From Fibrobacterota bacterium (lineage in GTDB: Bacteria > Fibrobacterota > Fibrobacteria > UBA11236), in assembly GCA_043753995.1 (NCBI GenBank), contig JAYUVP010000077.1, forward strand, positions 55 to 64,054: a stretch of DNA of 64,000 nucleotides. Reading direction: 5' to 3'. Positions within the stretch are counted from its first letter, which is position 1, and each line of letters begins with the position of its first letter. A program made the position numbers and the translations under genes. Under the pieces are notes generated by a model. It worked only from the letters and a program-made list of their open reading frames with translations, had not been told where the DNA came from and did not search any database. This document shows, in pieces, positions 56,200-64,000 of the stretch.

Positions 56200-57648
56200 A
56201 TGGACGCCGCTGAATCGTATCAAAGCTATGACAATCCGCTCTTGCGCCGCTATGCCTCCAAGGCCATGAGCTTTTTGTTTTCCCCCCAATTCAAGCACCA
56301 GACTTGGCGCCGCCTCTGGATTGACTTGGCCGAAGTCGAAAAGGATTTGGGCCTTCCCATCTCCGCTGCGCAAATCGCCGAATTGAAGGCGCATGAAAAG
56401 GACATCGATTTTGCCGCTGCGGAAGCGCGCGAAAAGGTGGTACGCCACGATGTCATGGCCCATGTACATGCTTATGGCCTGCAATGCCCCGGTGCCGCTG
56501 GGATCATTCATCTGGGGGCGACCTCGGCCTATGTTGCCGACAATACCGACCTCATTCAAATGCGCGAAGGCCTGGAGCTTTTGCGCAAACGTCTTTTGCG
56601 CGTCGTCGACGGCCTCGCGGCCTTTGCCAAGCAATGGAAAGACGAACCGACTTTAGGCTTCACCCACTTTCAGCCCGCCCAGCTTGTGACCGTGGGCAAA
56701 CGCGCTTGCCTTTGGATACAAGATTTGCTTCTCGACCTCGAAGAAATAGACTGGCTCATTCAAGGCCTGCCCTTTCTCGGCGTCAAAGGAACCACGGGCA
56801 CCCAAGCTAGCTTCCTAGAACTTTTCGATGGCGATCATAGCAAGGTGGCCAAGCTCGAAGCCGAGGTCACGCGCCGATCCGGATTTTCACGTTGCCTGGC
56901 GGTTTCTGGCCAAACCTATACCCGCAAGCTCGATACGCGCGTACTCTATGCCCTCTCGGGACTTTCACAATCGCTCTCCAAATTCTCCACCGACTTGCGC
57001 CTCTTGCAGCATCTCAAGGAAGTCGAAGAGCCTTTCGAAAAAAACCAAATCGGTTCTTCGGCCATGGCCTATAAGCGCAATCCCATGCGCAGCGAACGCA
57101 TTGGATCGTTGGCGCGCTTTGTCGAATCGCTGGGCTCCAGCACGGCTTTTACCGCTTCAACCCAATGGTTCGAACGCACCCTGGACGACAGCGCCAATAA
57201 GCGCCTCAGCGTACCACAAGCCTTTTTGGCCTGCGATGCCATGCTCATCCTCGCCGAAAATGTGGCCTCGGGCCTGGTCGTTTATCCCAAGGTCATCGCC
57301 CAGCGCGTCATGTCCGAGTTACCCTTCATGGCCACCGAGAATATTCTCATGGCCGGCGTCAAGCGCGGCGGTGACCGCCAAGAATTGCATGAACGCATTC
57401 GCTCGCATAGCCTTGAAGCCGCCAAACAAGTCAAGCAAGAAGGCTTGGCCAATGATCTCATTGACCGCATCGCGGGTGACTCTGAATTCGCTATGGATAA
57501 GAACCAATTGCAAGGTGTGCTCGACGCTAAGCTTTATATCGGCCGCTCTCCCCAGCAAGTCGAAGAATTCCTGCGCGAATATGTTGAGCCTGCCCTTGCG
57601 GGTCACCAGGGATGGCGGGAGATGAGCGGCGAAGAGTTGCGGGTGTAG
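56200..57648 (+). CDS. purB: adenylosuccinate lyase
   Basis: Fumarate-lyase family signature [12 protein letters not shown]. Length 482 aa. Confidence 0.85.
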   Translation: MDAAESYQSYDNPLLRRYASKAMSFLFSPQFKHQTWRRLWIDLAEVEKDLGLPISAAQIAELKAHEKDIDFAAAEAREKVVRHDVMAHVHAYGLQCPGAAGIIHLGATSAYVADNTDLIQMREGLELLRKRLLRVVDGLAAFAKQWKDEPTLGFTHFQPAQLVTVGKRACLWIQDLLLDLEEIDWLIQGLPFLGVKGTTGTQASFLELFDGDHSKVAKLEAEVTRRSGFSRCLAVSGQTYTRKLDTRVLYALSGLSQSLSKFSTDLRLLQHLKEVEEPFEKNQIGSSAMAYKRNPMRSERIGSLARFVESLGSSTAFTASTQWFERTLDDSANKRLSVPQAFLACDAMLILAENVASGLVVYPKVIAQRVMSELPFMATENILMAGVKRGGDRQELHERIRSHSLEAAKQVKQEGLANDLIDRIAGDSEFAMDKNQLQGVLDAKLYIGRSPQQVEEFLREYVEPALAGHQGWREMSGEELRV

Positions 57649-57678
57649 GGGGGCACCTAGGACAAGTAGAATGGTTCG

Positions 57679-59730
57679 GTGTCGCCTGAATTCCGAGCGA
57701 CAACGAGCCTAAAAAAATGGGTACAATCCGGCATGCCGACGGATTCCTCTCCTGCCCTCATTTCGGGCAAAACAAAAATCACGGCGCGACTCAGATTTTT
57801 CTTTCTCACTTCGACCTTACTACTGGGTTCGGCTTCCTTTCTTGGCTTCACCTTACATCGAATTCAAGAGCCCTATCGAAAAGCCCAACGCCAAATTTCG
57901 CATAGGCGCTATATGCCCTTTTATGCCGATCTTAAGTTCTTTCGACAAATTCGTGATGCCCAAGGTGGCGACCATAGCTTATTGGTTTATGCCGCCAAAG
58001 GTCACAGTCTCGATAGCGCCTTAAAACGCATTCCCCTTCGTCGCCTAGAATCCTGGAAATCCGAATCCGATGCCGCTTCGTGGGCGGCCTTGCGTTTCCT
58101 TGCAGGCAAATTGGACATGCCTTCGGGTTTTATGCCAAAGGCAGGAAGTAAATCCCTATTGTACTGCCACCCTCCCTTCGAATTACCGGGAGCTTCACGG
58201 CATTGGTCTTTTGCCATGGCCGACACCACGTCGGGAATGATTTGGATTGGAAAAAACCTGGATACTTCCTCAGCCAAGTATTTGGCTGAGGAAGCTTTTT
58301 ATCAGGCCGCCAATAATCAATACAATGTTTCGGAAAAAATGGAGGTGGATGAAAAATACCACTATTTAAAAATCTATGCTCCCAATGAACCCGGCCTAGC
58401 GACCTTATTAGCATTGCTTCATATTCAGGACCGTTCTCAAAGCGGCAATCCCTATTCGGCATCGTCTTTTGAGGATGGTGCGGTGGAGCAGGCCATTCAG
58501 CTTCAAGCCAAGGCCTTTGAAATCCATCCTGACTATTGTCTAGGCTTTGCCCGTCAAGCCCGTTACTATTCGATTCTTAATAATTTCCCTGCGGCCCGAT
58601 CCAATCTGGAAAAAGCTTCAAAATGCGAATCAAGTATTCAGTATTTAGCAGCGAAGGCGATTTTGCATTTAAATGCCGAGGAATTGGATTCCTGCCGAAG
58701 GGTGGTCACCCGATTAGAAGCGGACACCTCTCCCGAAAAATCTTTTTATCCCTATGAAGATATTCCACTCAATCTTGCGAAACGAGAGGGCAATTGGATT
58801 GAAGCGGATAAAAATTATGCCCGACTTGTTTTAAAGGATTCCCATTCGCCCCAGACCTATGGTAATTTTGCGAATTACTTGGTTAGTAAATTTCGTTTTG
58901 ATGAGGCTGCCGTTCTTTGCAAAAAAGCCGATGAATTGGGTCAATACCCCCTAGGCGAAAAAATTTGTCTCGAGGTGGAGCGTAAGCAAAAGCGCTATGG
59001 AGACAAACAAGAATTCAAACGGCAAACCCAGAAATGGGAGGATCGCTTTCATAAGGTAAACTCGCTCCAAGCCATTGAAAGCGAATTTGCTGGGGAATCC
59101 CTCGGCCTGGATTTCCTGGCCGCCTATGCACAAAACCTACAGGGACAAGGCAAGTCAGAGCCAGCTCTTGCCCAATTAAACCAGGCCTTGGAACGGAATA
59201 ACAGCCACACTCCTTCTTTGCGCACAAGACTTTCGCTCTTCCGATCCTGGGGAGCGCGTGGGTTAGCCTGGACCGATTTCCGAAATCTTGCCCGGCTTGA
59301 ATTTTCTACAAACCAAGATTCGATTGAAATGCAAGGTTGGTTGGATACGTCCAAGGTAGACACGGCGGCGCTATCGCGTGAACCGGCCTATTCCATGCGT
59401 TGCGGATTCACTCGAAACATACTGGAAGCCAAGGCCATTGATCGCCCGGAATGGATTTCCCTAAAAGCCATGGGCAAGCGTCGAATCTATTTGCGCATGG
59501 CTCTGTCTCAAGTCAAAGGCCGCACCTACAATTACACCTATACTATCAAGGATGGCCAAGGCAAGATCAAAGAAACCGGTGACCTTTCGGTTTCTCCCAA
59601 AACGGAATTCTATTCACAGTGGATATCCTATCGCTTCGGGCAGCCGCAGGAAGCTCCTGGATTTTGGTCATTTTACCTGTATCTCAATAAAGAATTGGTA
59701 GTGGCACAAACCTTACAGGTGAAACCATGA
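57679..59730 (+). CDS. TPR-repeat-containing hypothetical protein with N-terminal membrane anchor
   Basis: 683 aa with helical repeat character. The start is probably internal. Confidence 0.45.
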   Translation: MSPEFRATTSLKKWVQSGMPTDSSPALISGKTKITARLRFFFLTSTLLLGSASFLGFTLHRIQEPYRKAQRQISHRRYMPFYADLKFFRQIRDAQGGDHSLLVYAAKGHSLDSALKRIPLRRLESWKSESDAASWAALRFLAGKLDMPSGFMPKAGSKSLLYCHPPFELPGASRHWSFAMADTTSGMIWIGKNLDTSSAKYLAEEAFYQAANNQYNVSEKMEVDEKYHYLKIYAPNEPGLATLLALLHIQDRSQSGNPYSASSFEDGAVEQAIQLQAKAFEIHPDYCLGFARQARYYSILNNFPAARSNLEKASKCESSIQYLAAKAILHLNAEELDSCRRVVTRLEADTSPEKSFYPYEDIPLNLAKREGNWIEADKNYARLVLKDSHSPQTYGNFANYLVSKFRFDEAAVLCKKADELGQYPLGEKICLEVERKQKRYGDKQEFKRQTQKWEDRFHKVNSLQAIESEFAGESLGLDFLAAYAQNLQGQGKSEPALAQLNQALERNNSHTPSLRTRLSLFRSWGARGLAWTDFRNLARLEFSTNQDSIEMQGWLDTSKVDTAALSREPAYSMRCGFTRNILEAKAIDRPEWISLKAMGKRRIYLRMALSQVKGRTYNYTYTIKDGQGKIKETGDLSVSPKTEFYSQWISYRFGQPQEAPGFWSFYLYLNKELVVAQTLQVKP

Positions 59731-60602
59731 TGGCCAACTCCGCGTCCCAAGAAAACTCGGTCGCCGTCACTTATCCGGTGCGATTCTGGGTACGGATGTT
59801 GCCCGCTATTTGGGTCATGCTTGCCCTTTCCCGCATCCTGCCGTGGAATTGGCAACAACTCCGATTGATTTTTTCACTGGATTCTAAGCCAGCCCTGGTG
59901 GCGTCGTTGACCTTAGGCCTAGGTAATTTGATCGCCTTCTTTTTTGTTTTCACCGGTTGGTTTTTCCTGCGGCGCAATACTGATAAAGTCTTGACTCTGG
60001 ATCGCCATTCGCTGAGCTACGGTCGCAATGGCTTGGAGACGGCCTATGCATTGACTTCCCTCGCGGGTTTGCGCTTTCGAAACGGCCGTTTCAAACGCTG
60101 GTTTCTGATTCTCGAATTCAACCAAGGCAAAGTGAAAGTGGCTCCGGAATATGAAAACTCGAGTAGCCTACTTCAGACGCTTTTCAATCATCTCGGGGAG
60201 CCGCTTTTCAATCAAGACCCGCGTCGCTTGAATTTCTTGTGGCGAGTACTGCGTACCGAAATCAGTTGGGAAATGTTCAGGAAGAACTGGTGGAAAACCG
60301 CATTGGTTTCCAGCTTAGCTACAGGGTCAGGCAAATTATTGGCCGATGCGAGTCCGGCTACCGATATACGAATAGACCTGTGGCTTGCTTTCAATTTTCT
60401 TCTCCCCATTCTAGGGGAGGTTTTGATTCACGCCCTATTAATGCGGAAATGGGAAAAGTGTTTTAAGGAAAGTCCCAGCTTTACTATCGCTTTGCCGAAG
60501 GGCTATAGCGCTGCTGTCCACCGGAAAGTCTTATTACTCGGGCTATTGGTTTATCTCGTCGTGTATTTTCTGAACTTAAGCGACTTAATGCTGAATAGCT
60601 GA
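59727..60602 (+). CDS. polytopic membrane hypothetical protein
   Basis: 291 aa with multiple hydrophobic helices. 4-nt overlap with the upstream gene. Confidence 0.45.
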   Translation: MMANSASQENSVAVTYPVRFWVRMLPAIWVMLALSRILPWNWQQLRLIFSLDSKPALVASLTLGLGNLIAFFFVFTGWFFLRRNTDKVLTLDRHSLSYGRNGLETAYALTSLAGLRFRNGRFKRWFLILEFNQGKVKVAPEYENSSSLLQTLFNHLGEPLFNQDPRRLNFLWRVLRTEISWEMFRKNWWKTALVSSLATGSGKLLADASPATDIRIDLWLAFNFLLPILGEVLIHALLMRKWEKCFKESPSFTIALPKGYSAAVHRKVLLLGLLVYLVVYFLNLSDLMLNS

Positions 60603-60717
60603 CCCCGGTTCCGCACCCGAGTCAGCATCCCGACTATAACCGTAATATCATCGAGAAGCACTTCTGATTATTGCGAATGTCGTTTCCGCTTTGGGTCTTG
60701 GCCGGGGGCTTCGGTGA

Positions 60718-61983
60718 TCAGAACCGAAGGGTGATTCCTGAACCAAGCAGAAGTTTTATATCCGAGCCTAATAGGCAGGTGGCATCGAGGAAATTGAAGA
60801 AAACATGCTTGTAGCCGACTTCAAGCGAGAGCTTTGGGCCACCGAAGTATTCTTCATGAACGGTGTCGTAGTAATAATTTCTAGAGTAGTAATACTCATC
60901 TTCCCAGGTCTCCTCCCAAAAACCCGATGTGGCGCCGAAATTCGCTATGAAGACATTATGGACATTCAAGGAAATCAGGTAGACGAGTCCGCCGCCGATC
61001 ATTGTGCTATTGTCATCCCCTTCGAAGCCCGCATTGGCCATCACTCCCAGTATATGACGGCCCTTAAGTATCAGGCCCACTTCCAGAGTAGGGCCGAATA
61101 CGTAACGTTCACCAATCATATTGGTCCCCTGGGCCGAGAGTCGTAGTTTGGCAGCCCTCACAGGCTCTCGCATGTCGATCTCCGCATTCACTAAGCCATC
61201 CTTCGCCACTTCCACGGTGTCCATGCGGGTCATGCGTCCTGCGACGGCGGAAACGCGATGGCTTCCCACGGTGGTCTTGACGCGCGTGATGCCTTTGCTG
61301 AGTTGGTGATTGTCCAAAAAGAGATCGGAGCGTTTTCCGGTCACGAGAATATTCACCCAACCGCTGTCCTGCGTCATCGCCTGGGGCGCACTGGTTGCTA
61401 CCGCTGGAACTGGCGTCAAGGCCGCGGGCAGCGCCACTTGCGCTCCGGGTATGGGCCGTCCCATGATGCGCGCCGCGATGCGAACGATGGACGTGCGCAA
61501 GACATCGGATAGTTCCCCATCCACTTCTTCCTGGAATAGGGTGTATCGCTTCTCCGGGTTATTGGCATCGTATAGGTAGACCGACGTCATGTAGGTCTTT
61601 CCAATGCGGCCGACATTCCCCCAGAATATCAGGGGCGCGCCGGAAAGAAAGCCGGCCTTTTTAGCGGTTTCCGTGTTGTTGCATTCGGCGGGGAGCTTTG
61701 TCCCGCTTTCCGCGGCCCGGATAACATGCTTCCCCCAATCGGCCTCGAGCGCGTTCTTGAGCTTGAGGGTGAGCACCGAGGCATCTTCTTTAGATAGGCC
61801 GGTTCCCGAAAAATCGTACAGAACGACTTCGGGCAAGTTGCCCGCCCGGGCTACCGTGATCAGCAAGAATAAAGTCGTTAGGAAGGGAAAGAACGCTATT
61901 TGTCTCGGCATGCCCGCTCCGGAAGAAGGGAAAATCCGCTTCCTGCGGAAAGCTGCAAAAGTAAACATTCCTCGGCCTTTCAC
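60718..61983 (-). CDS. exported hypothetical protein, possible outer-membrane beta-barrel
   Basis: Signal peptide from MPRQIAFFPFLTT. C-terminus ..GSGITLRF. Confidence 0.4.
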   Translation of the reverse strand: MKGRGMFTFAAFRRKRIFPSSGAGMPRQIAFFPFLTTLFLLITVARAGNLPEVVLYDFSGTGLSKEDASVLTLKLKNALEADWGKHVIRAAESGTKLPAECNNTETAKKAGFLSGAPLIFWGNVGRIGKTYMTSVYLYDANNPEKRYTLFQEEVDGELSDVLRTSIVRIAARIMGRPIPGAQVALPAALTPVPAVATSAPQAMTQDSGWVNILVTGKRSDLFLDNHQLSKGITRVKTTVGSHRVSAVAGRMTRMDTVEVAKDGLVNAEIDMREPVRAAKLRLSAQGTNMIGERYVFGPTLEVGLILKGRHILGVMANAGFEGDDNSTMIGGGLVYLISLNVHNVFIANFGATSGFWEETWEDEYYYSRNYYYDTVHEEYFGGPKLSLEVGYKHVFFNFLDATCLLGSDIKLLLGSGITLRF

Positions 61984-62083
61984 TATTCGCCTTTCTCTAA
62001 TTTGCTATGCTTCGAAGTCGCAATATTATCACCTGTAATTTTAATGATCTATTCCGGTCGCTTGCGACGGCCGGGCCCTGGCC

Positions 62084-62791
62084 ATGGAGGATGCGATGTG
62101 CTTTTGGAAGTGGGTGTGGATGTCCGCCCTCTGCATTGTCGCGACAGCGCTTCCTGCTGCTGCGGTAACCGTTGACCAGGAATACATACACCGGATGTAT
62201 AACGATGGGGAATTCCGCGCCGTGCTCGATTCTTTAGAGCCCATCATGGCCCGCCCGCAGAAATTCGCCCATGAGGACAGCGTTTTCATCGCCAAGCATC
62301 TCGCTGTGATTTATTCCGCCGATCCAGCGCAGCGGGAAAAGGGACGCTATTACATGTACCGGTTGCTGGAGCTCGTGCCCTCGGCCAAGCTCTTGGACAT
62401 GTATGCCAGCGAAGAAATCAACCGTATTTTCGACAATACCAAAGAAGAATATTCGGCGCGCAAGTTGGCCGCTACCGGGGCTCCTGTCACGGCAAGCAAA
62501 AACGATTCTTCGGCGCATCTCACCGCCACCATTGCGCCTGCTCCGCCCAGGAATTCCCCGACGGTAGCGGCGACTCCAGTGAAGGAGGCTCCCGTTTCCG
62601 CACGGAGCACGCCCCCGGTAGCTCGAAGCGCAGCGCCGGAATCGGCTCAGCATTCTTCGTCAAAAGCATGGCTATGGGCTGGAGCGGGATTAGCCGTCGT
62701 TGCCGTGGGAGGTGCCGCCCTCTATGTCCTGGAGACACCCTCGAGCGGAGCAGTCGCTACACCCCTCCAAGTGGATGCGCGGACGCCATGA
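62084..62791 (+). CDS. exported hypothetical protein with Ala/Pro-rich linker and C-terminal TM anchor
   Basis: 235 aa. Signal peptide and a terminal hydrophobic helix. Confidence 0.4.
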   Translation: MEDAMCFWKWVWMSALCIVATALPAAAVTVDQEYIHRMYNDGEFRAVLDSLEPIMARPQKFAHEDSVFIAKHLAVIYSADPAQREKGRYYMYRLLELVPSAKLLDMYASEEINRIFDNTKEEYSARKLAATGAPVTASKNDSSAHLTATIAPAPPRNSPTVAATPVKEAPVSARSTPPVARSAAPESAQHSSSKAWLWAGAGLAVVAVGGAALYVLETPSSGAVATPLQVDARTP

Positions 62792-64000
62792 AGCGCCTAC
62801 TCTCCTGCTTCGCCCAAGCCGCTTCTGCCCTCGCATTGGGATTTCTGGTTTTTGGTTGTAACTCGGGAACATCGACCGAGGACCAGCGCGTCGACTTGCA
62901 AGTGGATCCCCTCCTCGTGTACTTGCACCGGGTCAAGGTGACCCAACTCGATGCGCAAGGCCAAGCCCTCTCGGTACTCTTCAACGATTCTCTGACCTCG
63001 GTGGAAAGGCTAAAGAATCTGCCGCTGGTCGGATATCAAGGTGGCACCGTCGGCTTCTTCGTTCAGGCCTATCTCCCAACGGGCGAATTGATTTACGACA
63101 TCACCGTCACCGTCGTGAATGGGGTCGCCTCGGTCAAGAAAAATCCCGGTGCATTCGCTTACGTTGCCGCACTCTCCTTGGAAAACAAAGTCGACAGTGA
63201 CGGGGACGGATACTTCAGCCGATTCACCTTGCGGGTGGACCCAGGAACCTTTTACACCAGCGAGCAAGCTTCGCTCAAAATTGACCGTCAAATTGGCGCC
63301 GGGCCGGATTGGGCGGCGGTGGGCTCCACGGCTCTCTTTACGATTCAAGGCGTGTCCTATTCCGACTCGCGTGCCTTTACCATTGATGGCGCCGGATTGG
63401 CGGGAGAAAACATGTTTCGTGTGCGCCTGCTGAGTGCCAGCGGAACCGTCCTGGCTCAGAATACCATCAAGGTTAGCACCGAAACCGCCTTGGACGATAC
63501 GCCGAAGCAGACCGCGTTCAAGTATACCCTGATCAATCAGACCGGGGCTTTTATGGTCTTGACCATTAAGGCCGGGGGAAACACCTATCTCGACACTCTC
63601 CAACCGGAAGCGCCGCTGAATCAGACGAGCTTGAACTTGAGCCTTCGCCCCGCGTCCATTATCGTGAGCGGATACAATCTCGGTCTGTATTCCGTCCTCA
63701 AGGATGAGGACAGGAAAATCATTTACAACGATACGGTGATACCGGTAGCGGCCACTTCCGCCAAGACGGACACTATTGTATTGCCTCAGGATTACCTGAT
63801 CCTCTCGATTGACAACAATTCGTCGCAGGCGACGTCTAAAATCGTTCTCAATCAAGGCAAGACCACCGAGTGGTCGGGGAATTATATCCTTTCGGCCGGG
63901 TCCAAGGTGAATTTCGGGATTTTCCTGAAGACGGATGTATTGACCGTGCACGCCTATTCGGCAGACGGAACCTATTGGGCCTACCCCAATCCCCCAACCA
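62788..64000 (+). CDS. lipoprotein, 3'-truncated by the window end
   Basis: ATG at 62788 overlaps the upstream stop (ATGA). Lipobox LVFGC. The frame stays open to position 64000 on manual translation. Preferred over the antisense ORF 63010-63951. Confidence 0.5.
   Translation, partial: MKRLLSCFAQAASALALGFLVFGCNSGTSTEDQRVDLQVDPLLVYLHRVKVTQLDAQGQALSVLFNDSLTSVERLKNLPLVGYQGGTVGFFVQAYLPTGELIYDITVTVVNGVASVKKNPGAFAYVAALSLENKVDSDGDGYFSRFTLRVDPGTFYTSEQASLKIDRQIGAGPDWAAVGSTALFTIQGVSYSDSRAFTIDGAGLAGENMFRVRLLSASGTVLAQNTIKVSTETALDDTPKQTAFKYTLINQTGAFMVLTIKAGGNTYLDTLQPEAPLNQTSLNLSLRPASIIVSGYNLGLYSVLKDEDRKIIYNDTVIPVAATSAKTDTIVLPQDYLILSIDNNSSQATSKIVLNQGKTTEWSGNYILSAGSKVNFGIFLKTDVLTVHAYSADGTYWAYPNPPT

Noticed and set aside
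63010-63951. 313-aa minus-strand ORF
   Set aside because: Arg/Gly-rich shadow of the plus-strand lipoprotein ORF that starts at 62788 and remains open to the window end.
1-64000. tRNA, rRNA, CRISPR arrays, integrase-type att sites
   Set aside because: Scanned intergenic regions (for example 20571-20990, 23282-23435, 36729-36909, 48493-48793, 54070-54385, 60603-60717). No cloverleaf-like or repeat-spacer structure was seen. Mu-family elements transpose and do not use tRNA att sites.

Overview
GC-rich (about 58-60% by eye) Gram-negative chromosome. No rRNA, tRNA or CRISPR array was recognised. The window has two parts.

**1-20.9 kb: a Mu-family transposable prophage.**
- Leftward-transcribed late genes: I protease/scaffold, T major head, gp36/DUF1320 and a GH108 endolysin.
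- An oppositely oriented block: spanin-like gene, TerS (gp27-like), TerL, DUF935 portal, Mu-F and Mu-G.
- A low-GC two-gene moron: a 2-TM GAF-like protein and a 69-aa partner.
- Two paralogous secreted proteins.
- A c-repressor/ner/MuA/MuB/GemA/Gam/Mor early region.
- The early region ends at 20.67-20.92 kb in an array of five MuA-binding-site-like repeats that closely match the Mu R1 core (GAAAAACGCGAAAG).
- A single inversion of about 4.15-10.76 kb would restore a canonical lysis-TerS-TerL-portal-F-G-I-T-gp36 order.

**20.9-64 kb: host genes.**
- An RND efflux operon whose permease and TolC-like ORFs are in-frame without a stop, with a hybrid histidine kinase downstream.
- An SPFH (Band_7_1)/Tim44-like membrane pair.
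- A CpxP-like/OmpR-type envelope-stress module, eda, and a cadherin-like/LamG surface protein.
- A c-type-cytochrome-rich respiratory island. It contains a cytochrome c::CydA-like fusion without CydB, a PSCyt1 cytochrome with in-frame tandem repeats, and a possible heme beta-barrel.
- A 1147-aa Usp/zinc-ribbon/PCP_red-repeat protein next to a radical-SAM/SPASM enzyme carrying the same PCP_red-like tail. This pair is the most system-like unexplained locus.
- A GGCT-like::MoeA fusion, purB, and several exported or membrane hypotheticals.

The supplied ORF track uses alternative start codons (TTG/GTG), so many ORFs are 5'-over-extended. Probable true starts are given where they can be seen.
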